Origin: a virus
Lineage: Duplodnaviria > Caudoviricetes
Virus record (IMG/VR): IMGVR_UViG_3300025000_000120
Coordinates: 1 to 57,549 of that record
Length of the DNA stretch: 57,549 nucleotides
Reading direction: 5' to 3' (one strand)
The position numbers and the translations under genes are program-made. Below, piece after piece: positions 28,311 to 36,203 of the stretch; position 1 is the first letter of the stretch, and each line of letters starts with the position of its first letter. The notes beneath the pieces were generated by a model that was not told the origin of the DNA, did no database searches, and saw only the letters and a program-made list of their open reading frames with translations.

Positions 28311-28360
28311 CCCCTTTTCAAGGCGCCCGGTGGGCGAATTTCGGTTTACCGGTAATGATG
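28311..28360 (-). repeat. Twin-hairpin 5' leader element, copy 3
   Basis: CATCATTACCGGTAAACCGAAATTCGCCCACCGGGCGCCTTGAAAAGGGG. Confidence 0.7.
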
Positions 28361-28361
28361 A

Positions 28362-28553
28362 CTACTTATTCAAAGATTCCATTTTACGACGGTATAACAT
28401 CTCAAGATCATTACTACTTTGATTGGCTATGAAATTCCGGTTCTTCAATTTCTCAATACGCCATTCCACATATTTAATTCCGACGGCTCCAACTCCGACA
28501 CATACAACGGCACCAATGGCTACGGTTCTAAAATTAAATGCCAACATAATCAT
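28362..28553 (-). CDS. Small membrane protein
   Basis: GAGGTG RBS; single TM helix. Confidence 0.55.
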   Translation of the reverse strand: MIMLAFNFRTVAIGAVVCVGVGAVGIKYVEWRIEKLKNRNFIANQSSNDLEMLYRRKMESLNK

Positions 28554-28614
28554 AGTTTCACCTCACTGAAAAATAGGATGCTATGTATTTTACTACATGC
28601 ATCCCGTTCAAGAT

Positions 28615-28809
28615 CTACTCTTCTGAGTCGGTTTCAATATCCACGATTTCATTTAAATCTACTTCCACATCCTCAACAACCACTTCATCAGTACCTAGTT
28701 TACCGGCCACTACAACCACTAACGCTATTGCGCCAGTTACTGCTAATGCTCCGTAAACTAATCCTTTTAAAACTCTCGTTTTGTTTGCTTTAATAATATT
28801 CATAAACAT
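28615..28809 (-). CDS. Cassette-borne small membrane protein (basic-TM-acidic)
   Basis: Directly downstream of the promoter repeat at 28839. Confidence 0.65.
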   Translation of the reverse strand: MFMNIIKANKTRVLKGLVYGALAVTGAIALVVVVAGKLGTDEVVVEDVEVDLNEIVDIETDSEE

Positions 28810-28962
28810 GATATATTCCCACTTTCAAATTTTATTCTTTCATTATAGGGCATGTAATTTTCGCGAGGCTAGGTTACTTTGCTTTTCGAGTTTAACAATC
28901 GTAGTAGTTCCAAAGGCTGATGCCTCATAACTTAATACATTCTTTTCATAGTGATTAATCCC

Positions 28963-29787
28963 TTAATAACTACGCTCTTGATATCTTGGGGTAACGGTAA
29001 AGTCCAACACGATACATGGCTCGTCATTCTCAGCAAATGCAGTTCCAAATTTAGCTTCGATTAACCCCTTATCATCGGAGTACCAACCCAGCAAATCGCC
29101 CATTTTAATCCCCTTCATGCCAAGACCAATATATACATCGTTTACAGGCATGAATCCTTGCATATCGTTCAATAACTCTCGACTTAGATCGTTAAGCACT
29201 CGTTCAATTTGTGCCCTGTCACTTCTAAAATATCTTCCTGACAATTCATCATAACAAAGAGTCTCGCCTCTACCTGTGAATACAACTTCACGTTCGCTAA
29301 CCGGATTGACTATAAGTTTATCCTTGTATATTTCTTCTACAACCTCACGCTCCTTACCCTTACCAATGGTTTCAATCACCTTACTCTTATACTGTCTAAA
29401 AGCTGCGTCAGATAATGAATATAACCCCGCCAATGCAGCGTTCCTACGCAGATGGATAGTGTTAGCTCCCACAATACCCCCGATTGTAACCACACCCATT
29501 ATTACGGTTGGAATATAACACTTCCATGTGAGTTTGACAATTTCCAGTTTGGTAATAGGGATTATGGAATAGTGGCCGCTACTCTCTTCACCTTTCTCAA
29601 TACCCTCATCTTCACGACGATATCGTTCCTCGTCAAGAATACGAATAGCCTTAGGTGTTGCCCTTACGGCCATTACTGCAGTACTAAGTAGCCCTGCTAC
29701 ACCGAGTATTGTAAGTAAGGTTGGTGAGTTTTTACCAGCTAATGCACCTATGGATCTTGTTGCTTTTTGTATGTTTGCTACGTTCAT
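28963..29787 (-). CDS. DUF6353-like membrane protein
   Basis: NSPTLLT..G.AG...A.RATPKA, RRNAALA..Y, SGRYF, LGW; paralog of 19168-20103. Confidence 0.75.
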   Translation of the reverse strand: MNVANIQKATRSIGALAGKNSPTLLTILGVAGLLSTAVMAVRATPKAIRILDEERYRREDEGIEKGEESSGHYSIIPITKLEIVKLTWKCYIPTVIMGVVTIGGIVGANTIHLRRNAALAGLYSLSDAAFRQYKSKVIETIGKGKEREVVEEIYKDKLIVNPVSEREVVFTGRGETLCYDELSGRYFRSDRAQIERVLNDLSRELLNDMQGFMPVNDVYIGLGMKGIKMGDLLGWYSDDKGLIEAKFGTAFAENDEPCIVLDFTVTPRYQERSY

Positions 29788-29792
29788 TGATA

Positions 29793-30098
29793 TTATTCCC
29801 CCTTCAAAAGTTCAATTTTGCTTAGATGATTATTAATTCGTTCCTGCAATAAAACTATTGCCGATTCCGCATAGGCTATTAAAATTTCCTTTGCTCGAGC
29901 ATCATCCCTTTCTTTAAGCCATACCATTGAATTGTATACTATACCTTCTTCGGCAGCACAACCAAGACTTTTAGTTTTGGATTTAAAGGACCCGCGTTTG
30001 TGATATTCATAAACCCGTCCTTCATGAACAGTGAATCTGCCGTTCAATAAAGAATACAAATAGACGTGTTCTTGAAGTAATGGATATGGTCTGGTCAT
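29793..30098 (-). CDS. Hypothetical protein
   Basis: TTGAAAGGAG RBS. Confidence 0.6.
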   Translation of the reverse strand: MTRPYPLLQEHVYLYSLLNGRFTVHEGRVYEYHKRGSFKSKTKSLGCAAEEGIVYNSMVWLKERDDARAKEILIAYAESAIVLLQERINNHLSKIELLKGE

Positions 30099-30130
30099 TA
30101 GTATTATCTCCTTTCAAAAAATATAATGAA

Positions 30131-30200
30131 AGAATATGTAGGATTCGAACCTACGACACTTAGCTTACACTAATCGCTCTAGCCACTGAGCTAATATTCT
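30131..30200 (-). tRNA. Atypical tRNA-like RNA (Tyr-like GTA in a 6-nt anticodon loop; no CCA)
   Basis: AGAATAT TA GCTC AGTGGCTA GAGC G ATTAG TGTAAG CTAAG TGTC GTAGG TTCGAAT CCTAC ATATTCT: perfect acceptor, D and T arms, but a non-canonical anticodon loop. Confidence 0.7.
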
Positions 30201-30232
30201 TTCATTATATAGTATGTAATTTTCGCGAGCAT

Positions 30233-30601
30233 TCATCGATACCCATTTTTTTCGTTACGTAATTCCAGTACAACTACAGATCGACATTGGCTTATACTCA
30301 AACCAAACTTCATACCAATATCTTTGTAGGTGTATCCCGAGTCCCGCATTTGTTTAATGGCGATGTTTCGAGTTTTACATTTAGTTGATCCTCGCTCCTT
30401 TGCGTAGTTATGGGCACTCAATGGTTGGGTTATCTTTTCGATTTTTTTGGTGTCACCATTGGCATACATAATTACTCCAAACTTTTTTTCATAATTAGAT
30501 CTGATTTGTAATAGAGTCTTCACAACAGATATTAAATCGTCGTTGGAATCAATCTCCGTTGGGAGTTCCTGTTTTTTTCGATCCAGATAACGCTTCTTCA
30601 T
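30233..30601 (-). CDS. Protein with C-terminal HTH (sigma region 4-like)
   Basis: RNIAIKQMRDSGYTYKDIGMKFGLSISQCRSVV. Confidence 0.6.
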   Translation of the reverse strand: MKKRYLDRKKQELPTEIDSNDDLISVVKTLLQIRSNYEKKFGVIMYANGDTKKIEKITQPLSAHNYAKERGSTKCKTRNIAIKQMRDSGYTYKDIGMKFGLSISQCRSVVVLELRNEKNGYR

Positions 30602-30749
30602 CTCTAAAACAATAGTCTCCTTCCCAACAGCCCATTAGGGCTTCGACGCACTTACTACAGTCTTTAGGTAATATACCTTTAGTTGGTGATACTTGGCACT
30701 TTATGAGTTTAGACTTTTTTTTCATTAGTATCCTCCTTAAAATATGAGC

Positions 30750-30805
30750 AAAAAAGAAATGGCTAGGACTTACTCCTAGGTAGACTATTCAAACAGTCCA
30801 CTTCT
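30750..30805 (-). ncRNA. Cassette-borne small structured RNA
   Basis: AAGAAGTGGACTGTTTGAATAGTCTACCTAGGAGTAAGTCCTAGCCATTTCTTTTTT: two hairpins, paired ends, U tract, no ORF. Confidence 0.6.
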
Positions 30806-30835
30806 TTCATTATATAGTGCGTAATTCACGCGAGC

Positions 30836-30912
30836 AAAAAAGAAGTCCAAGCGAGAATTAACTCATTAGGTACTCTTGGATGTCCGTATGTCTAGCATAT
30901 AGAACTCTTCTT
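30836..30912 (-). ncRNA. Cassette-borne small structured RNA
   Basis: Ends pair (AGAAG/CTTCT); internal stems TATG/CATA, TCCAAG/CTTGGA and GAG/CTC; U tract; no RBS or ORF. Confidence 0.6.
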
Positions 30913-30945
30913 TTCATTATATAGTGTGTAATTTTCGCGAGAAAA

Positions 30946-31004
30946 ATAATGGTTATTCAATATACCCGACTTGCGCCGATGGGAATCAAACCCACTAACA
31001 TTAT
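30946..31004 (-). ncRNA. Circularly permuted tRNA-elbow mimic, copy 1
   Basis: ATAATG TTA GTGGG TTTGATT CCCAT CGGC GCAA GTCG GGT ATATTGAATA ACC ATTAT then U tract. Confidence 0.75.
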
Positions 31005-31077
31005 CTTTCATTATACAGCATGTAATTTCGCGAGCAAAAAGAAATGCTAAGTTTCCTTAACAACTTCTCTTTATAAG

Positions 31078-31263
31078 TTAATCTTTATCCATACTTAGTT
31101 TCACATGTTCCGCCTTGAATCGTATCTTAATCATAGTTTCTTGGGTCTCTCCATTGTCGCTTGTTGTTGTGCTTGGAATATCAAATTCCATTTCACAGTT
31201 ACGTGCTTCGTATAAGACACCTTTTTTTATAATTGCTGATATAATTACATCGGTGATTTTCAT
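31078..31263 (-). CDS. Cassette-borne small protein
   Basis: Own promoter repeat, RBS and terminator. Confidence 0.7.
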   Translation of the reverse strand: MKITDVIISAIIKKGVLYEARNCEMEFDIPSTTTSDNGETQETMIKIRFKAEHVKLSMDKD

Positions 31264-31335
31264 ATGCTTTTCCGCCTTTCAAATATAACTTCTATTATAG
31301 CGCATGTATCCTACGCGAGCAAAAAGAATAGAAGC

Positions 31336-31569
31336 TTAATAAGCTTCTATTCTCCCTTTAATTCCAACAAAGCTTAATACTTTTAAATCATATTCTAATT
31401 TCTTAATAACCGACTTCTTACTGACGAATGTAATTTCAACTGTTCCATCAATCATGAGACATATGTCGATCGTTGTTCCCGATTTCTTATATGTTTCAAT
31501 GAGTTTTGTAACTTTCGAACTATCCCCGTTCAATACTCTTGTGATTACTTTAAATTCCTTAGTAAACAT
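31336..31569 (-). CDS. Cassette-borne small protein
   Basis: Own promoter; stop inside the terminator hairpin GAATAGAAGCTT-ATT-AAGCTTCTATTC. Confidence 0.7.
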   Translation of the reverse strand: MFTKEFKVITRVLNGDSSKVTKLIETYKKSGTTIDICLMIDGTVEITFVSKKSVIKKLEYDLKVLSFVGIKGRIEAY

Positions 31570-31626
31570 GCTATATTCCTCCTAAATTTTATTTCTTTCA
31601 CTATATAGCATGTTACGTACGCGAGT

Positions 31627-32097
31627 CTATCGATTAGAATACGGACATCCACCAATGCCTGGATTGTCATCACACACGGGAACGTCATACTTGGCAAATA
31701 ACTTTCGTACACTACAATTACTCGGTAAATCGGAACAATTATTGCAAGCTACCATAGCTTTTTCACATAGATCTAATAAATCTGAAGTCTGGATTGGCGT
31801 GACGCTGTCAAGTTCTAACATTTGCTTATACTCACGTATTGCGTCGTTGCGGTACTTCAAAACAACATCCATTTTCTTAGACTGACTCATTAAATTATCG
31901 GATTCGAGATCATCCAACTGTTCACACTTTATACATAGTGCTCTGAATATAAACGATTTAGCCATTCGAAGGGCTTTGACAGAATCTTTATTGCCTATGT
32001 TCTTAGCCCATTCATCAGCCGTACCAGTTGCATAATCTATGAACGCCGATAAGGTTAAGACCTGGTTCTTCTCTAGTCGATTGAAATATGTTTTCAT
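31627..32097 (-). CDS. Hypothetical protein with C-terminal Cys cluster
   Basis: GAGGAGG RBS; C..C...C...CPY. Confidence 0.7.
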   Translation of the reverse strand: MKTYFNRLEKNQVLTLSAFIDYATGTADEWAKNIGNKDSVKALRMAKSFIFRALCIKCEQLDDLESDNLMSQSKKMDVVLKYRNDAIREYKQMLELDSVTPIQTSDLLDLCEKAMVACNNCSDLPSNCSVRKLFAKYDVPVCDDNPGIGGCPYSNR

Positions 32098-32115
32098 CGT
32101 ACGCCTCCTCCTACT

Positions 32116-32160
32116 CTATACACGGTATAGTAACGGTCCAATGTGAAGCCACGGGTACAT
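32116..32160 (-). CDS. Possible 14-aa peptide MYPWLHIGPLLYRV
   Basis: GGAGGTGG RBS just after a truncated repeat. Confidence 0.3.
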   Translation of the reverse strand: MYPWLHIGPLLYRV

Positions 32161-32201
32161 AGTATATAATACCACCTCCACGCGAGCAAAAGAGAAAAGG
32201 A

Positions 32202-32351
32202 TCAGCCCTCAAGGAGCTTTTCCAATTCATCTACTTGTTCCGTAAATCGCTTTTTAAATTCTTCAAATGTCAGCGAACAGGCTTCCGATTCGATAAAGGT
32301 TCTCAATTTTATAAGTACCTCATCTATTTCTTCAACCGTAATCTTTTTCAT
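32202..32351 (-). CDS. Cassette-borne 49-aa acidic helical protein (not in ORF track)
   Basis: MKKITVEEIDEVLIKLRTFIESEACSLTFEEFKKRFTEQVDELEKLLEG; AAGGAGG RBS; promoter at 32375. Confidence 0.7.
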   Translation of the reverse strand: MKKITVEEIDEVLIKLRTFIESEACSLTFEEFKKRFTEQVDELEKLLEG

Positions 32352-32429
32352 AATAAAACCTCCTTCAATTTACTTTCATTATACGGTATGTACCTAACGC
32401 GAGCAGAAAGAGAGAGACTAAGTCTCTCA

Positions 32430-32651
32430 TCAGTTTCCTAATAAAGTCTCTAACTCTCTCATAGCTCTTTCAAATCTTCTTGTGGCTTCCCCTCCTGTAT
32501 ATGTATCCGCGTCAGTACCAATGCGTTCGTGCCAGGTTATTGCTTCGGACGATACCATATAAATGTCATTTACAATGTCATTTTCATAATTTTCGTCTAT
32601 CATCTTTAACCGATACTTCATATTGATCTTCGTAACTTCTATCATATCCAT
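32430..32651 (-). CDS. Cassette-borne small acidic protein
   Basis: Promoter at 32676, GAGGAGG RBS, terminator. Confidence 0.7.
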   Translation of the reverse strand: MDMIEVTKINMKYRLKMIDENYENDIVNDIYMVSSEAITWHERIGTDADTYTGGEATRRFERAMRELETLLGN

Positions 32652-32712
32652 AATAAAGGCCTCCTCAAATTTATTTTCATTATGGAGTATGTAACTAACG
32701 CGAGTAATATGT

Positions 32713-33306
32713 CTACTTAATTTGCCAAAACACTATATCTCTTTTTTTTGTACCCACTTGCATTGGATATTTTGTGATTTCCAGCAATTTGTCAAATAAA
32801 TCGTAATTATATAGAGTTAACAAATCTCGTCTAATACATAATTTATTTATGCCATATCGCTTATTAAACACGTTCCAAAGATGAATGCCTTCCGACAAAT
32901 TCCCAGAACATGATAACAATGACACGGGATGTCTATACATATGCCTCAACGGTATTTTTAAATCCGAAGCTTCAAATATAAAGTCTCCATTCTTTTTAAT
33001 TTTAGCAACCATGTTATACTTTTGAAACTTATCGTATTGAATAGCGTTACTTATAATAAGTTTATATTGTTTACCCTGTGCCTCATCCCAGATCAAATCT
33101 AAATATTCATTATCTTGCTCTTTTGCCTTGTCAAATACATAAAAAGGCAGGTCTTCGGATATGTATTTATGATCTGTTCTTATGGTGCACAATCCAAACT
33201 TATCTATCAGATCCACGTACTCATCATATGTTTCGGGTATGTAAAATTGATGAATATTCAAATTTAATTCCATAATGCGATTAAGACTTTGAATTTTATC
33301 GAACAT
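32713..33306 (-). CDS. Hypothetical protein
   Basis: 197-aa AT-rich ORF with G-run RBS. Confidence 0.65.
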   Translation of the reverse strand: MFDKIQSLNRIMELNLNIHQFYIPETYDEYVDLIDKFGLCTIRTDHKYISEDLPFYVFDKAKEQDNEYLDLIWDEAQGKQYKLIISNAIQYDKFQKYNMVAKIKKNGDFIFEASDLKIPLRHMYRHPVSLLSCSGNLSEGIHLWNVFNKRYGINKLCIRRDLLTLYNYDLFDKLLEITKYPMQVGTKKRDIVFWQIK

Positions 33307-33345
33307 GTTATACCCCCCATATATCCATTGTGAGAAAAAGAAAAC

Positions 33346-33531
33346 CTAAGCTTTCTCTGGTATAAGAGTTAAATGTTTATTGGACTTAAAGTTTATTTTG
33401 AATTCTTTAATTCCGTTTTGATGAGCAATATTGGTTACTAAATCCATAAGATAGTCTAATGATATAGTAACTCCTTCTCTACTCTCTAATTCAGCAACTA
33501 GTTCTTCGGTTGATATTTTTGATAAATCCAT
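33346..33531 (-). CDS. Cassette-borne small protein
   Basis: MDLSKISTEELVAELESREGV; ends EKA-TAG inside the terminator. Confidence 0.7.
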   Translation of the reverse strand: MDLSKISTEELVAELESREGVTISLDYLMDLVTNIAHQNGIKEFKINFKSNKHLTLIPEKA

Positions 33532-33605
33532 AATTACTCAACTCCTTTCATTATATCGCATGTATCCATCGCGACCAAAAAGAAAGCCTAAACTTTCTCT
33601 CCTTT

Positions 33606-33836
33606 CTATAAAAGTGGTTTGTTTAGTATTGTTCTGATACTGGATTCGTTTATAAACATATTTTTGCTAATTTCGACATTAGACAGTCCTATACTCTTTA
33701 GTCTGGTTGCCTTGGCGTAAAGATCATTCATTAATTCCTCTTCGCCCTGACACGCTATACTTCTTAGTTTAGTTACTGTAATACCCATTCTTTTAGCAAC
33801 GTCTGCTTCACTTACTTCCAATGTACGTTCAATCAT
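33606..33836 (-). CDS. Stand-alone tandem-HTH protein paralogous to the RNAP N-terminus
   Basis: ATRLKSIGLSNVEISKNMFINESSIRTILN versus RNAP ANRLKAKGYSNVEIGKRMGGRNESSVRSLLD. Confidence 0.8.
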   Translation of the reverse strand: MIERTLEVSEADVAKRMGITVTKLRSIACQGEEELMNDLYAKATRLKSIGLSNVEISKNMFINESSIRTILNKPLL

Positions 33837-33951
33837 ATTAAACACACGCCTTTCACTTTCATTATAAAGCATGTTATGTACGCGAGGTCTACCGATAACA
33901 GCCTACTACGCAGAACCGGCAAAAAGAAAGCCTAAGCTTTCTCCGCTAGAC

Positions 33952-34281
33952 CTATAATTCTACCTCATGGTAATTTCCGTTATCGAGATCACTCATTGTT
34001 GCGAGGAACGCTTCGGATACCGTAATATCACTATTAACCGGTAAATCTAACGTCCATCCAATACCTGAGCCTTGCTCGTTTCCTTGAAACCAATGAATAG
34101 AATAATCAGGTTCCTTTGCGGGAATCTCTACGACTTCTTCTTCTTTCTTAGTGTTTAGGCCAATTGTTATTAGAGCTAAAACCCCCATTCCAACGATAAT
34201 CCCAGCTGCTATGACCTTTTCTTTGTGGTTGTTCCACAAGACCTTAGCCTGTTCTTTCACTGATAATTTGTTTTTAATCAT
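33952..34281 (-). CDS. Cassette-borne membrane protein
   Basis: Promoter at 34299; basic-TM-acidic layout. Confidence 0.7.
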   Translation of the reverse strand: MIKNKLSVKEQAKVLWNNHKEKVIAAGIIVGMGVLALITIGLNTKKEEEVVEIPAKEPDYSIHWFQGNEQGSGIGWTLDLPVNSDITVSEAFLATMSDLDNGNYHEVEL

Positions 34282-34480
34282 AATACAAATACCTCACTTT
34301 CATTATGACGTATGTAACAGTCGCGATCCTATCGATCCTCCGTTCGCATGATTAATGTGAATATAGCGGTGGCTCTAGCCTTAAGTTCCTCATTCGTAAG
34401 GTCTGATAGTAATTCGATACATAAACGATCATGTTCGGCATATAGCTCGGCATAGGTCATGGTATAAGAATCTTTCGTCA

Positions 34481-34780
34481 TCACACGTCCTCCACCAACA
34501 CTAATGTTTTTCTGTTAACGGCATAAGACATATACTTTAAAACACGTTGTTTCTTCCGCTGTATTAAATTATCATTATCAAGAATAGGAATAAGACATTC
34601 TTCTTTAAGCATTTCAAATACCCCAAGAAGATCTCCAAACTCAATAGCGATTTTTTCAGCAGTATTAATATCACTCTTCCATTTATCATCAAGGCCAAAT
34701 CGTAAAGCTTTTGCGGCTTCTTTTTGAATTTCTGAACATTCTTCAATTAAACAGGTTAATAAATGTTCGGTTTTATTCAT
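34481..34780 (-). CDS. MazG-like NTP pyrophosphohydrolase
   Basis: EECSEIQKEAAKALRFG...EFGDLLG. Confidence 0.65.
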   Translation of the reverse strand: MNKTEHLLTCLIEECSEIQKEAAKALRFGLDDKWKSDINTAEKIAIEFGDLLGVFEMLKEECLIPILDNDNLIQRKKQRVLKYMSYAVNRKTLVLVEDV

Positions 34781-34826
34781 AATATCCTCCTTATTAATTT
34801 TTAGACTTAGACATTAACCTAAAGTA

Positions 34827-35009
34827 CTATTCGTTAACCCCATATACAAATATCCAATTCTCTGCACGAGTCTCATAATATACACGATCGTCCACACGTA
34901 CGTCAAAGTACTTAATTCCGTTTTTTTCATAGACGGCCACTACAATTCCACTAAACTCGTTGTTGATATTTTTTACCTCATCTTGATAGCCTGGTAATGT
35001 TACACTCAT
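34827..35009 (-). CDS. Small SH3-like hypothetical protein
   Basis: GAGGAG RBS; beta-rich. Confidence 0.55.
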   Translation of the reverse strand: MSVTLPGYQDEVKNINNEFSGIVVAVYEKNGIKYFDVRVDDRVYYETRAENWIFVYGVNE

Positions 35010-35022
35010 AGTTATACTCCTC

Positions 35023-35556
35023 CTAAATGCCTTTTATTTTGCATGCTATCATATCTGCCATGTGGGAATACAGAACATTCGGATAACGATCAATGGCTCT
35101 ACCATAATATGCCCATTTATTGGTATCTTTTTCATAAGAACCCATATGCCATCTTATACACGCTACTTCTTCGTCCGTAAGATCCATATATTTTTGAAGG
35201 TATATAACCGACTTCTCCCCATGACCATCAATAAGGAGTTGATCATTGTACTTATATGGATGTTCCCCATCGGGCGTTTTGATATAGTTGTCAATTTTAC
35301 ATAGATCATGGAATAACCCAACGATCAACGGTGATTCTGGACGTTGCCATTTCAAGCCCATACCTATTGTTAGTTTCTGTAACGTGTCATAAACCTCGTA
35401 GCTGTGGTCAAATAACCCGCCCTCGTAACTTCCATGACGCTTCGTACTTGCTGGTGCGGTTAGGAATTCGGCTATTGGGAATTTACCATTCGTGAGAACT
35501 CCTAGTTTACCATAAGTTAAAGCTCTAAATTTGTCATATCTATCATCGAAATTCAC
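35023..35556 (-). CDS. HD-domain phosphohydrolase
   Basis: APAS..HG..EGGL.DHS, FHDLCK, GHGEKS, RWHMG, HMADM. Confidence 0.85.
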   Translation of the reverse strand: MNFDDRYDKFRALTYGKLGVLTNGKFPIAEFLTAPASTKRHGSYEGGLFDHSYEVYDTLQKLTIGMGLKWQRPESPLIVGLFHDLCKIDNYIKTPDGEHPYKYNDQLLIDGHGEKSVIYLQKYMDLTDEEVACIRWHMGSYEKDTNKWAYYGRAIDRYPNVLYSHMADMIACKIKGI

Positions 35557-35558
35557 AA

Positions 35559-35795
35559 TTACACCTCCTTCCTTAGAATATGATTCCGGAATTCATGATC
35601 ATCACTTATTTCACTAGCGCGTAATATTTGTAGCGTCATCCAAGTGGCGATATAACCCTTTTGGTTTAGATATTTCTTACCTTCGGTGACATCCATTTTC
35701 CACATAACGCCAACGACTTCTCTAGGGGCATTCGTTATTAAGACATTATGTGCATCATATATGAAGGCTCTACAACTATCTAAGTCTCCCTGCAT
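35559..35795 (-). CDS. Hypothetical protein (paralog of 37212-37406)
   Basis: AFIYD.HNVLITNAPREVV shared. Confidence 0.7.
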   Translation of the reverse strand: MQGDLDSCRAFIYDAHNVLITNAPREVVGVMWKMDVTEGKKYLNQKGYIATWMTLQILRASEISDDHEFRNHILRKEV

Positions 35796-35798
35796 TAA

Positions 35799-36203
35799 TT
35801 ACACCTCTTTCCTTAAAATATGGTTCCACAACACGCCTTTGATATAAACATTTTTAATACCAGCGTTGACAATCATTCGACGGCACATAAAGCAGGGTTC
35901 GTCCGTAACATAAATATCCGCACCATCAATCGATATACCATGTCTCGCGGCTTGAATGATTGCATTTGCTTCAGCGTGCACACTTTTGCATAATTCGTAA
36001 CGTTCGCCGGGTTTAACCCTTAGTCGTTCACGCTCACACACCACACAGTGCGCTTCACCCATAGGGGTTCCATTATATCCACTACTTAATATTAGTCTAT
36101 CTTTCACGATTATAGCACCCACGTTACGACGTAAACACGTTGATCTAGTCGCCACTGTCTTAGCAAGTAATGCAAAGTATTCACTCCATGATGGTCTAGT
36201 CAA
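35799..36203 (-). CDS. dCMP deaminase family protein
   Basis: RSTCLRRNVGA, SGYNG, HAEANA, PCFMC. Confidence 0.9.
   Translation of the reverse strand: MTRPSWSEYFALLAKTVATRSTCLRRNVGAIIVKDRLILSSGYNGTPMGEAHCVVCERERLRVKPGERYELCKSVHAEANAIIQAARHGISIDGADIYVTDEPCFMCRRMIVNAGIKNVYIKGVLWNHILRKEV

Larger units (their letters stand above)
28839..34326 (-). repeat. Promoter/terminator cassette array, cluster 1 (12 promoter copies plus 1 partial)
   Basis: About 29-bp copies starting (plus coordinates) at about 28839, 30201, 30806, 30913, 31007, 31290, 31597, 32375, 32676, 33547, 33858 and 34299; partial at about 32181. Minus consensus CTCGCGnnnnTWACAYnYnnTATAATGAAA. Confidence 0.9.

Noticed and set aside
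30131-30200. Functional tRNA-Tyr or suppressor tRNA implying genetic-code change
   Set aside because: The anticodon loop is 6 nt, and long genes are uninterrupted under code 11 with all three stops used normally
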